From: Protoeuglena noctilucae
Taxonomy: Eukaryota
Direction of reading: 5' to 3'
Assembly (NCBI GenBank): GCA_958009085.1
Contig: OY253673.1
Span: 1,364,001 to 1,428,000, forward strand
DNA length: 64,000 nucleotides
Shown here: positions 26,401 through 39,149 of the stretch, piece after piece
Numbering within the stretch: the stretch's first letter is position 1
Layout: every line of letters begins with the position of its first letter
Position numbers and translations under genes: made by a program
Notes under the pieces: model-generated
What the model was told of the DNA's origin: nothing
What the model saw: only the letters and a program-made list of their open reading frames with translations
Database searches by the model: none

Positions 26401-28784
26401 TGTCTCCCGGGCAGGAGATCGAGATGGTCACCATGATTCTGGAATGTGCGAGCCAGGTGAGAGGAGCGTAACTCATTCAGTCACTTTCCCACCTCACTTT
26501 ACTCACCATCTCGCGCGCCACCTCACCTCACCTCCCCCACCACTCACCCCACTCTCACTTATCACATTCCCCCCCCTCACTTCCACCATCACAGGAGAAG
26601 ACCTACAACCGCTTCTACGGCCTGCTGGCCCACCACTCACCCCACTCTCTTGACACCACTTTTCATTACCCACTACTCACTTATAATTGCCTTCTTTCCC
26701 ATCACTCACAGGAGAAGACCTTCAACCGCTTCTACGGCCTGCTGGCCCAGCGCTTCTGCAACCTGCGCCGCGAGTACCAGGGCCAGTTCGAATCGGTGTT
26801 TCAAAAGCAGTTCGGGCTCATCCACCGACTGGCGACGACCAACAAGATCCGGAACGTGGCCAAGTTCTTCGCGCACCTTTTGGCGACCGACGCGATCTCG
26901 TGGGCGGTGCTGGGGGTGGTGCGGGTGACCGAATCCGACACCACCTCCAGCAGCCGCATCTTCCTCAAGTTCCTGTTCGTGGAGCTGTGCGAGGTGAGAG
27001 ATGGGTGTGTGTGTGTATTAATATAGATGGGGAATGTTGTGAATGTTGTGATTGAGCATCTTCCTCAAGTGTGCGTGCGACCATGAAATGACCATAGTCT
27101 CCATCGTTCGCATCGATCACACGTACTCCCCCATCACAACTTGCCACAGGAAATGGGCATGGCATTGCTGAAATCGCGGCTGGATGGTTATCATGGTTAT
27201 CGCTTACATGATTCGCTTTCATCACATTTACCAACCCTCTGTAACACAGGAGATGGGCATGGCATCTTTGAAGTCCCGACTGGAGGAGGCCGACAAGGCA
27301 GAGTGGTTCACGGGGCTGTTCCCGGCCACCAGCGTGCCGGACCTGAGGTTCGCCATCAACTTCTTCTGGAACATCGGGCTCAACTTCCTCACGGGTGAGA
27401 TGATTGTTGTAAACAATAACTGACTTGTTATGGAACATCGGGCTCAACTTCTTGACAGGTGGGGGATGGTGGAGAGGGATTGGGTAATGGCTTACTCGCA
27501 CCCTCACTTACGCAGTCACTCACCCAAATCATCCCTCTTACACTCACTCACTCACCCATACTCTCCCTCCCGCCAGCTGTGCGCAGAGATGCCCTCACTC
27601 ACTCACTCACTCACTCACTCACTCACTCACATACTCATCCCCCCTTTCACAGAGAAGCCCCGCCAGCTCTACGCCGAGCTTCCCAAGCTCCCTCACTCCC
27701 TTCCTCCCTCCCTCCCTCACTCACTCACTCCCTCACTCACATTCTCACTCACTCCCTCACTCACACACATCCTCTTTTCTCATTCACAGAAAAACCTCGC
27801 CAGCTCTACGCCGAGCTGCCCAAGCTGCTTGCCGAGCGCGCCCGCCTCACTGCCCAAGCACAGCCCCAGGCGTCCCCATCCACATCCACATCCACCTCAT
27901 CCTCATCCTCATCATCGTCATCCTCATCCTCATCGTCTTCTTCCTCTGACGATTCGAGTTCTGACACCACCAGCTCTGACACCAGCTCTGACGCCAGCTC
28001 TGGCGCGTCGGAGGAGGGGGGCGGGCGGGGGGGGAGCGGGGGGCAGCGGTGAGGGGTTAGGGAGATTTGGGGCTGGGATGCGATGACAGCATGATTGCGT
28101 GGGTGCAGTGTGATTGCTGCACGCGCGTTGCAAGCAGCGTGGGGGAATGTGCGAGTGCGAGTGCGATGAGTGTATGGATCGTTGGCCTCCCTCTGCCCAT
28201 ACGCCACCCCATTCGCATCTCCAGCCACCTTTTCACCCAATTCACCCAAACTTACCCACTTACCCACCCCATCCCTCTCCCCACCACTCTACCCCCGCAG
28301 TCGCGACGACCGCGCACCCCACGCCACTCATCGCCGCGACCTGCCACCCCCCCCCGAGCACCGCCGTCGGTCGGCAGACAGGGCGGGCGGCGATTATAAG
28401 GGTAATGGTGGCAGTAATGGGAGGGGGGGGAGGTCGAGGTCGGCTGATAGGAGCGGCGGGTGGGGGGGGAGGGGCGGGGAGAGGGATGGGAGGGGTGAGA
28501 GGGAGAGGGGTGGTGGTAGGGATAGGGATGGTGGTTATGAGAGGGAGAGGGAGTGGGGCGGTGGCAGGGATGGTGGGAGGGAGAGGGAGAGGGAGAGGGG
28601 TAGGGATGGTGGTGCTTATGAGAGGGAGAGGCAGAGGGGCGGGTACAGGGGTGAGCGTGAGGGGTGGCGCGGGAGGGAGGGTGCGGATCGCGGCAAGCGT
28701 GAGAGGAGCGGGGAGAGGGAGAGGGAGAGGGAGAGGGAGAGGGAGAGGGAGGGTGGGGATCGGTACAAGCGCAGCAGGGCGTGA
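23492..28784 (+). CDS. CWC22: Pre-mRNA splicing factor CWC22 (MIF4G + MA3 domains, RE/RS-rich termini)
   Basis: [85 protein letters not shown]. Confidence 0.96.
25425..27690 (+). repeat. Intronic copies of CWC22 exon ends with splice sites
   Basis: 25425-25452 copies 25369-25396; 26590-26632 copies 26707-26749; 27056-27070 copies 26956-26970; 27145-27184 copies 27245-27284; 27431-27461 copies 27367-27397; 27648-27690 and 27569-27594 copy 27785-27827. Confidence 0.9.
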
Positions 28785-29379
28785 GGGGTGGAGTGGGGGT
28801 GGGAAAGAGATGGGCGAATGGGAGTTGAGTGGGGATGGATGGGGTGGGTTGGCGTGCGTGGTGGTTGCGAGAGGGGGTGGCTGCGGGAGTTTGAAAGGGG
28901 TGTGACTGGTGCGTGGTTGGCGCGCACTGCGCTGCGGTAGATTTGAATTTCGAAATGCAATGTGCAGCAATACCAGTGAACTGTGAGTTGACGCCCCACA
29001 TGCCACATGCGCATGCGATGGGGCTTCTTTTCACAGCCAACAATCTGCTGTTGATTTCAAACGCAAGAGAACGCTTTCGCACATCTCCCAAACATGCACG
29101 TGTGCTCTTGACATCATGTCCATGCCAGCCCACCCCACTTGCACCCCGCACTGCCCCTCATCAACACCACCCCTCATTTTTTTCCCCCCCTGCGTTTCTT
29201 AGCCCCCTTCCCCCCCTTGCCCGCCCCCTCCTCTCCCTCCGCATCGCCCGCATCCCCATCATTTGTTGGTTCCTGCAAAGCATGACAGAGAGCCACACTC
29301 ACGCTTGCAGTCTCACACTCCAACGTACCCCCCGTTATATAAACATAAACACCCTTTCCAATCCATGCCCATACAACAT

Positions 29380-31647
29380 TCAAGCAAACTGCCGCCAGTA
29401 CTTCGCAACGACTTCATCATCCAACAACACCACACCACCCCTCCTCACCTCCCCCTCCCCCTCCCACGCATCCACCCCCTCCCCCTCCTCCCCCCTCCCC
29501 CGCTTGCCCCTTTTCCCCCTCCTCTCCCTCACAGGCCTCGTCAGCTCCCCATCATCACAAGCCACGGGCCCCACCCCTCCCCCCAGCAGCGCCGCCACTG
29601 ACGTTTCGACGTCAGACCCCTCCACGCGATACAGCACGTTTCGGGACAAAGCAGACTCCACCAGTGCTCGCCAACTGGACTGGGAGGCTCTGGGTATGGG
29701 TGATTGGGGGGGGGGGTGTTAGTGTTGTTACTACTAATAGTACAAGCAGTACTGACCAACGTACTGGTTAGTAATAAAAATAATAATGAGACTGGAAGGA
29801 CATGTGGGGTTTGGAGAGGGGTGGGCAGCGCAGCAATGCACCATTGCAGCCACCACAGCAGCAACTGTTGCCACCAGACAACCGCACCCCAACCACATCC
29901 CCAGCCAAGCCCCCACCCCACATTCATCCATTTCAAAATACGATCATTCCAATTCGCCCCACCTCCCCCAACCAAATCCCACCTGAGCGCGGGCGCGTTG
30001 CCCATCACAATCACCGAGCACCGCCCCCGCGTCAACCCCACGTTCATCCGCCTCTCATCGGCCACGAACCCAATCGCCCCACTGGCGCCCGTTCTGACAG
30101 CGGAGAATATGACCACGTCCTTCTCTCTGCCTTGGTATCCGTCGATGGTGTTGACATCCAGCTCTGATGCGGATGGGCCGAGGTCACGCGATAGGCAGTC
30201 GCGCAAGTGGCGCACTTGGGCCAGGTAGGGGCTGATGACGCCCACGTCGCGGGGTCTGTTGTGTGAGGGGGGGGAGTGAATTGAGTAAGCGTGGTGAGTG
30301 GGGTAGCACTGGAACAGCCCATGCACGCCTACCCCACTGCCCAACAACAACATATATCTTCATACCCCATACCCAATACCCCACACCCCCCGCATCTCTC
30401 ACCTGAGTGTCGGGTAGCACTTGAACAGGTGTTGCAGCAGCCGCACCGCACATGTCGCCTCCGCTCTATTCACCAGCGACGCCCCTGCAGACTGCCGCTC
30501 TTCACTCCCACGCACGTCCCAAAAGGCGAAGGGACCAAGGCAGGGCTCGGAGTGCCAGGGGCGGGAGGAGCGGTCGGCCACGTCTGGATGGGGGGGGGGG
30601 GGGGGGGGGGGTGTGGGTGGTGTGGGGTGGGTGCGGGGTGGGTGTGGGTAGCAGTGTGGGGTGGGCGGAAGAGGTTGTGATGTGCGAGCGTATGGGAGTG
30701 GTGTCAACCATGCCCACTCTCACCTCACCTGTCCTGGCATCTTATCACACCCAACAGACCAAAAGCAACCACCATCCCATCCACCCCCATCACTCACCCG
30801 GCCCGTCCTGCAGCCTGTTCTCGTAAAATGCCCCATATCACTATTAACCATCACACCCATCCATCACAACATTACTGCATAGCTAGTAATACTAGTAATA
30901 CTAACCGTCACCAACAGTCGTCAACCATCACATCCACACCCCCCCCTCTCCCCTCACCCGGCCCGTCCTGCAGCTTGTTCTCGTAAAATGCCTCGGATGG
31001 GAATCTCCGAATCTCCGGGTGCATTCGGAACTGCGTGGTGAGCATGCACACGGGGTGGCCGGCCGCCTCCAGCCGCTTGAACAGCGAGCAGTCGTAGCTG
31101 GGTGTAAGGGGGGTGATTGATGTGGTGCGGATAGCTGACGTTAATAGTCAATCACCCAACCCCTCTCATCTCACCCGTACTTCATCGCACGTCAATCACA
31201 CAATCAATCAATCACCCTTCTCCTCTCACCCGTACTTCTTGGCGGTGTTGGAAATGACGGTGGCGGGCAGCTGGTTAGGATCACCCACCAAATAACACTG
31301 GCGGGCACCCTGGGGGGGAGATGGAGGGGGTGGGAAGGGTGAGTGAGCAATTGCATGCAGGACATGAGACAGACATCTATGATCTCACTAACCCCATCCA
31401 TGCCACCCATGTTATTCGTACTAGCAACTCTTACTATTCACATCGCCCATGTCACTCTCACCTGGCTCAGCGGCACCAGCGTGGATGGCTCCACCGCCTG
31501 TGCTGCCTCATCAATGATCACGACATCAAAGGGGGCCGTCATCTTGGCAAACACCCCCGATCCGGCGAACGACAGCGTGCTGCACACCACCGATGCCTCT
31601 TCCAGGATTGACATTCGGACCTGGTCCTTCTGGGGGAGATGGGGGGG

Positions 31648-31686
<39 letters not shown>

Positions 31687-34600
31687 GAGGTGAGGGCGAG
31701 GGTGGGGGTGACGGGGGAGGGGAGGGTGGTGGGTGAGAGTGGAGTGGGGGAGTGCATGGGACTGTGTCGGGTGGGTGATGGACCGTGGCAACTTGTCACT
31801 GAAGCATACATGCACCATCACACCACCATACCCCCACCCCCTCTCACCTGCGCCCTGGTGAAGTGTAGCATCCGTTTACCCATTACCAACCCCCTCTCAC
31901 CTGCGCCCTCGTGAAGTCGAGCTTCTTGCTATCTACCCACCATCACAACCACCCCACCACTACCCCTACCATCACCCCCTGCACCCCTTATTACCTGCGC
32001 CCTCGTGAAGTCGAGCTCCTTGCCGTCCTTGCCCGTCGGTGCCTTCTGCCCTCCCAGCCGCGCAGCCACGAGGGAGTCCAGTGCCACCGCTTGGACGGAG
32101 TGGTGGGGGTGCACGCCGATGCGGACCAGGCCTGGGGGGGTGGGGGTGAATGAGTGAGGGAATGGGGGAGTGGGGAGGGAGTGAGAGTGAGTGGATGTGT
32201 GAGAGAGAGTTATGCAACTGAGTGCATGTCAACTGTGTCACCCCCATGCAAATCTACACATGTTAAACAACCCCCCCCCTCTCTCCTCTCCCCTCACCGG
32301 GCGTGAAGGCCGTCCCGTCGGGCGCCAGCAGCCCCTGCTGCATCACCCGCACCACCACCTCATCCAAAGCGGAGTTAGACGGCGCGCACACCAACACACG
32401 CGCGCGGGGGCCGCCGGAGCCCACGGGTCTGGGGTCGACGCGCCGGGCCATGCCGAACAGGTCCGCGCCCTCCGTGGCGGTGTGGGGGGAGCTGGGGAGG
32501 GCGTCGCGGGGGTCTGGAGGAGGGGGGAGTGGGGTGAGGGGTGTGGGTGGGGGTGGGGTGATGGGTTGATGGGGTGAGGGAATGAGTTTGCCGCTGTCGC
32601 GATTGCTGCCATCTGCCCACCACATCTCATTTCGTTTGCTCCATCTCATATCATCCCCTCTCATCTCATCATCTCACCGACCGTGTCCTCGTCTGCCCCC
32701 AGCCACGTCATCCCATCTCATCTCATCTCACATCGCCTCATCTCATCTACCACTAATCTCATTTCATCTCATCTCATCTCATCTCATCTCATCTCATCTC
32801 ATTTCTCACCGACCGTGTCCTCGTCCGCCCCCAGCCACGGCGCCGCCCGCCGGTGCAGAGAGACGAATGCGTCGTCATGCGTGCCGTCACTCGCGGAGTT
32901 GGCGGCCGTGGGGGTGGCAGACGAGCGAGCGGAGGGAGCTGCGGGGGGATGGGGGACAAATGCTTGATCGCTCTTAAGGTTTACTAGGTGAATGATAGTT
33001 CTGTGTCTGCGCGCCCTGCTCGTCCCTTTCCATCTCCCGTCACTCAACCAACCCTCTCTTCATCTCTGTTCTCTACCCCCCCCCACCTCAACCCTCCCAT
33101 TATACTACATATAGACACTCCATCACCACCACCACCACCCCCTCACCCTCCTTCCCCACCCCCCCCGCGTGCCCCGCGGGCACGGCGTGCAGCACAATCG
33201 ACAGCAGCGCCATGATCGTGGACGTCTTGCCAGTCCCCGGGGGTCCCTTGATGAGCACTAAGGGGCTGCCGTCCAGGCCTGCCTTGGCTGCCGACAGCTG
33301 GGCGGGGTTGTACTGAGAGAGGGGGGCATGGGTGCTGTGGTGTAAGGATGGAAGCAAAGCAAGAGAGCATTGGCTGCCGACAGCTGGGCCGAGTTGTACT
33401 GAGAGAGGGGGGGGGGAAGAGAGGGGCTGTGCTATGCTATGTGTGCTATGTGTGCTGTGTGTGCTGTGCTGACTGTGACTGACTGTGACTGTGACTGTGA
33501 CTGTGACTGTGACTGCACTGTCTTGTGCTGTGCTGTATCCCTGTCCCTCACCGCCAGCTCCATGGCCTCTGCCATGCCGCGCGGCACGTCCATCGCACGA
33601 CCCGCCGCCTTCCCCGACCCCTCAAGGCGCTTGCCACTGTGTAAGAAGACAAGAGATGGTGTGGATGGGAGGGAAGAGAGGAAAAGTAGTCCAGGCAACA
33701 GAGCGAGAGGGACGAGTGCGGCTGGGAGTGGCAGAGAGTTCGTCATGCCGCGTGCCGCCCTGCAACATGCACCGCCACGCATGCCATCCCATAAACACCC
33801 CATGTTTATTAACACCCAATACACAAACACCCCATCTAACGACGCCCCTCTCCTAACAATAACAACTCTCACCTCATCAAAAGGTCCTTGTACGGGATGG
33901 CGTCGACCCGGTGCAGCGCCACCCACTCGCGCACGATCGTCGACAGGTTGGCCAGCCGCACGCACCAGAAGCCGCAGTGCTTTTCGCCCAGCGCAGCGCG
34001 GACCGACTGGCTGCGCACGCGGCCCGCGCCCTGCGACGACAGTGGGGATCCATGGGGGTGGACACGCACCGCTAGTAACTACCCTATCGTGAGCATACAA
34101 CAGCAACCACGCCCCTCGGTGTCGTCAAAGCACGTCTATTGCGTTGCAACGACTGATATTCCCCCCCCCCCCCCCCCCCCCCCCTCCCCCCCATTCTCTC
34201 CGCTCTCTCGCCTGGTGGGTGTGGTCCGCCAGGCACAGCCGCACCCACGCGCGGTCCCTCCGCAGAGACTCGACCATCCCCAGGGCGTGCACCGCCCCCA
34301 CCTCCCGCACCACCGCGCCGCCGGCCGGGCGCTCCTTGGCCAGCAGGACCAGGTCATTCTCCCTGCAGACGCGGGGCACGGGGGACGGGCACGTGAACAC
34401 GAAGCTCCGTTCACCGGGTCGCGGACGGCGACGCGGCCGCAGAGCGCGTCTGAGCGCAGTAGATAGAAAATAGCTGAGTATTTCGCGATCGTTCGCGCCA
34501 CTCGCTTGAAGTCCTGCGTGTCGCCCGCGTTCATGAGCACCTCCACCGTGTCGAAGCGGTCGCTGGACTCGACCGCCGTCACCACGCACGTCACGGGCTC

Positions 34601-34986
34601 CTCTGCGGGATAATTAAAGCAAATATATCACTGTGGCAGCCAAGCTACGCGGCGAAAATGCCCATGCGCGAAGCGTTTCCGCTCACTTGCAATCTCGTCG
34701 GCCCCATGGACCACCTGCGCGAGGCACTCCTGCACCATCAGCGGCTCAAAGACGGAGACGTACTGCTCCGTCGAGGTGAACTCCTCCGGGACTTGCTTGA
34801 GGTCGTCGGGAGCTTTCCCGGCCTGCAGAGACGGCACGGCACACAGTGGGCGGCCACGCCCCGCCAAGCGCACCAGATGGTCCCAAAGCGCAGTGGACGC
34901 ACCTCAAAGTCCCTAAAAATCTCATTGTAGTTCCAGCTCAGCACCAGCTCCTGCAGGCTGGCGATGTGCTTGGCGATGTCCGCCAT
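29380..34986 (-). CDS. MAA3: SEN1/senataxin-family SF1 helicase of the short MAGATAMA3 type
   Basis: LVLSWNY N-terminus; ENDLVLL; LSTIVREW; KGPPGTGKT; APWLG..PRDALP insert; VLVCAPSNSALDE; IIDEAAQAVEP; VGDPNQLPATV; QFRMHP; TIDGYQGREKD; RRMNVGLTR. Confidence 0.9.
30793..33410 (-). repeat. Intronic copies of SEN1/MAA3 exon ends with splice sites
   Basis: 30793-30832 copies 30953-30992; 31169-31183 copies 31224-31238; 31843-31865 and 31896-31929 copy 31992-32023; 32672-32707 copies 32804-32839; 33370-33410 copies 33284-33324. Confidence 0.9.
31648..31697 (+). repeat. (GTGAGG)n hexamer microsatellite in a SEN1 intron, (CCCTCA)n on the sense strand
   Basis: Direct tandem repeat just upstream (sense) of the acceptor. 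Confidence 0.9.
33472..33514 (+). repeat. (GACTGT)n hexamer microsatellite in a SEN1 intron
   Basis: Direct tandem repeat. Confidence 0.9.
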
Positions 34987-35450
34987 GACCCCCGCCCGCG
35001 CCCTGCGCGGGGCAGCGGGTGCCCAGCTGCCGGCTCTCCCGGCTGCTCTTCACAACTTCTGCGAATCGCGCCGCTGAGCCGACAGTGTCAGGCCGCCGAT
35101 TGGGGCGCTCAAGCAGCGCCCGTCACGCCCGAGCAAAGCGGCGCTTGTGTTGCTTCAAGTACAGGCTCTGCTTGATCGATCGCGATGCCAGGGATACCAC
35201 GAACAGGTGCTGGCCCGCGCAAGCCCCAAAACACCAAAGCACGACACGGGCCGCCAGCCTCGCCAGTGTCGTGGACCAGCTGGGGACCGGCAGCCCGCAC
35301 GAGCACCCGGCGGACCAGGCTCCCGCCTGGCCAGATCAGCGCGTGGACCCATCGGCCCTTTCCACGCTCGCAAGGCCTGCAGTTGCGTTTGAACCTCCAC
35401 CTTGTGCTGCCCGCTCATCGCGAAGGCTCAGACTGAATTCCTCGCCAAGC

Positions 35451-38400
35451 ATGAGCGTATTGGATCCCTTGGATCCGCTGGCCGCGGGGGAGGCGGTGAA
35501 GGTCGTCGCGGACAGCGCGCCACTCACGCTGCCACCGATCGTCAAGCTCCCCGCGGTCCTCGTCATCACCGTAGCAAAGACGTCCCTGTCCGCGTGAGTG
35601 TGATGGCGCTCCAAGGGCCCCGGGGCCCTGTGGTGGGCGGGACTCGCGACCGTGCGCGAGCATCTTCCGCCGTGTCGCCGCGGTGCCCATCCGGCTCGCG
35701 CAGCCACAGATCCTGCGCGATTGTGCTGCCTTGTTTCCTGGGCAGTCCTTGGAAGCCCACGCCAGGGGCCCCCTTGCGCCGTTCCAACCATGCTCTGTCC
35801 AGCATTGTGCTCCGCGCCTTCCCGCAGCGTCCAGGCCGTGGCGCTCCTCACCTACGATGGAATCGTCGGCATCCCCATCGCTGTCCAGGTGCGCGCGCGG
35901 CATCCTCGCCGCGGTGGCGCAGGTCGCGCTGAAGGGATGCTCCACACACGCTGGCCCCCCGCCGCAGCGAGAGGCCTTCTCGCAGCGTCCTCTGCGCGCC
36001 GATTGCTTCCTTACGTCCTCCACATTCGTCCGCAGGTGGTCGGTCAAACCGCCTGGCAGGTGATTACGGGCTTCCCATCCTTCCTGCTCCACCTCCCCCA
36101 ACTGCTCCGCGATCTGCCGTCCGGCGCCGCCGCGGTCGTCTTCGACCTCGCCGCTTTCACGCACGACCGCGTCTGGACGCCCGTCGCTGCGGCTGCGGCC
36201 ACCGTGGCCGCTGCGGCCGCAGCTGCCGTGCGCCTGGGTGCAGGGTACGCGGGCGTGGCGTGGCGCTCCGTGACCGGCGCCGCGGGCGAGGTCCCCGCGG
36301 ACGTCAAGCTCTGCAACGACTTTTTTATCTACCTCTTCACCGGCCGCGAGCCGGCCGTGCTCCAGGAGCTGCGGGACCAGAATGAGCTGCTGCAGGCGGT
36401 GGTGATGGCCGTGGTGGCGGTGGACGCCCTGCCGCCCCTTCTGCACATCACCCTCGCGCTGTTCGTGCTGGTGAGGACTTACTGCGCATCGCCATCGCTT
36501 TGGCCGCATACGGGCGTATCATTGTCACCACACCAGCACTCCGCCCGTGCCGCCTAGTGCCACCCAAGGCACGCCCACCCTGTCCCCCACCTCATACCCC
36601 ACTCGCTCCCTGTCCCACTCAGGGCACGTTCTTTGAGATGGTGTTCATCTGGATACCCCTCTTGATCAAGGCCCTCGTGCGGCGCATGCTGGGCTGGCAA
36701 GAGGAGCCCGCGGGGCTGCTGGGTGGTGCGCCTGAGGCCCGGCGTCTGGTGGTGATGGGCGCGGCTGCCCCCGCGGCGCTGCCGGGCCCGTCGCGGCGCA
36801 GCGGCAAGAAGGGCAGGGGCAGGGGCAAGAGCGAGGAGGGGGAGCGTGTGGTGGTGTCGGGTCCCTTGACGCTGGCGGAGGTGCAGGCGGAGCTAGACAG
36901 GGCAGGGAACGTCGTGCTGCGGCTGTCGGGGCGCACGGTGGAGGGGAAGGGGGACTTGGTGCTGCGGTGAGGGAGATGGGGTGGGTTGCGTAATGTTGTG
37001 CGGCAGTCATGGGCGATGCATGGAACAGGCAGGCACTCCTATCTATACTAGATAGGTTGTTGGTACCTGTTGATTCATAGAGTGGTCTCTATTATCGACT
37101 GGAATCCAAGAGTTGCCCGGTATGAGAATGTACACACCGCCCTTACCCCACTGCCCCCCCCGCAGCCGCCCCAACACGCTGGTGTGTGACGCCAGCCTTG
37201 CCATCACCGGCTCGGTGCGCATCGCGGCCCCCGGCTGCGGCCTCGAGTCGGTGCGGGTGACCAGGGACGCCCACGCCTCGCCGGCCGTGGTGGTGCGGGA
37301 GGGACCGGCCACGCTGCAGGGGGTGGCGGTGCGGGGGGGGAAGGGCGCGGCCGTCGTCATCGAGTGAGCTTTAGATGATGCTGGCTGCGAACGAAGCATG
37401 CACATGCTCACTCGATTTCACCTGCCCTTACTCACCCGCACCCACACACACCCCCACCATAGATACCCTCTAAGCTAACCCCCCTTTACCTATCCCTTTC
37501 ATTCCCAGGGGTCCCCTCGACGATCGCCAGTCTCTTCGCGTGGCCATAGACTCCCTCGAAGCGCGGGGCTGCGGCGGGGGTGGCGTGGCGGCCCGTGGGG
37601 CGTGCGCAGTGACGGTGCAGGGCAGCACAGTCGCGGACTGCGGGGGTATGGGTGTGCTGGCGGACGGGGCTTCGACGGAAGTGGGACTGGCTGCCTGCGC
37701 CATCTCTAACTCTGCGACTGCCGGGGTGCGTGCGACCGCGGGTGCCAACTGCTATGTGAGAGAGACGACGGTGGAGGGCGGCGGGGCGGGGCTGCAGGCG
37801 CGGGGGCGCGACACATCGCTGGAGGCCGTGCAGTGCCGCGTGGCGGGGTGCGCGGGGGCGGCGGTGGCGGCGGGGGACCGTGCTTTGGCGATGGTGTTTG
37901 CGTCACACGTGGCGGGGGCCAGGGGGCCTGTGGTGGTGTCTGAGGGGGAGGGGACGCTCGTGGAGATGACGGAGGGGAGCGAGGGGGCCGAGGGGGGGTC
38001 CGTGGCGGCGCAGGCGGGGAACGCCGTGGTGGCCAAGGTGAGGGGCGGCGGCGGTGGGGGTGGGGGGTGGGGGGGGCGGTGGTGGTAGTGGAGGTACTCA
38101 TGCGTAGCGTGGGTGGCAGGGGTGTCAAAGGGTGTGGCATTGGCATCGTTTTGACCGATCAATCGTTCACGCCGGCTGCGTTGTGCCGCACATCTGCCAC
38201 GGCCAGTGCAGTGCAGTGCAGCACCAACACCGCTACCACCCCCTTTACCGAGCCAGTTGCCACCCCTCGTATCCCCCCCCTGCTTCGTCTCTCTGCAGTC
38301 CGGTGGCCGCGTGAAGCTCTCCCGCGTGGTGCTGTCCGCCCCCGGGGGTGTCCCTGCCGTGGCGGAGGGGCCTGGAAGCGAAGTGGATCTGACCGACTGT

Positions 38401-39149
38401 TGCGTTGCTAAGGGGGGTGGCGGGGAGGTCGAGGCTCTGGGCAAGGGGCGCGTGGTGGTGACGCGGGACAAGCCACTGGCGACATTGGGCGACAATGGGG
38501 CGATGGGTGGGGGGGAGGGGGCTGGGGCAGAGGGCGAGGGAGGTGAGGGGTGCGGTGTGGGGATGGGGGGTGGTAGTATTACTAATGCTACTACTGAGCG
38601 GGTGTGGATGCGGCAGTGTCGATCTGTGATGTCGATCTGTGGTGTGTGACGTGCAGGGGAGGGTGAGGGTGGCCCTGGGGAGGCGCAGGGGAGCGGGGGC
38701 GGGGAGGAAGCAGCAGCAACGAAGGGGGGCGAGCGTGAGTGGCAAAGGGCGTTCGGTGTGTGCGATTGAGCTTCGTTGTAATGCACTGATTATTAACATT
38801 TGTTCGCATGTTTGCACCGTCACATCGATGCGCAATCAATCCATCATATCTCGATCACAACCACCCCGCTGACATCCACCCACCACCCGTCCCCGCTTGC
38901 CCCGCAGCTGCCCCCCGCAGCGCAGAGCCGGAGAGTGCGATGTTCCCCATGAGTCCCCCCGCTGCGGCGCGGGTGCGGGCGGTGGGCGAGGCAGCGGAGG
39001 GGGACGCAGAGGAAGGGCGTGGTTCGGGGGACTCGTCCAATGACACACCACCGTCGACGAGCGGCGGGGGGGGCGGGGGCGGGAGCGGGGGTGCGAGTGC
39101 GGGCGGCGAGGGCAAGAGGAAGGCCCGACGCAGCAAGCGCACGCACTGA
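35451..39149 (+). CDS. Hypothetical membrane protein with a C-terminal right-handed parallel beta-helix (pectin-lyase-like) domain
   Basis: Hydrophobic N-terminal exons, then G/A/V/C-rich repeats (CGGGGVAARG, DCGGMGVLADG, SATAGVRATAG, GGAGLQARG, CAGAAVAAGD) with about 23-aa periodicity. GT-AG junctions keep the frame to TGA 39149. Confidence 0.6.

Noticed and set aside
24820..27790. (CTCA)n, (TCATC)n and similar intron tracts as possible Introner elements or a CRISPR-like array
   Set aside because: No long near-identical introns are shared between genes, and there are no terminal repeats or target-site duplications, no regular repeat-spacer structure and no cas genes.
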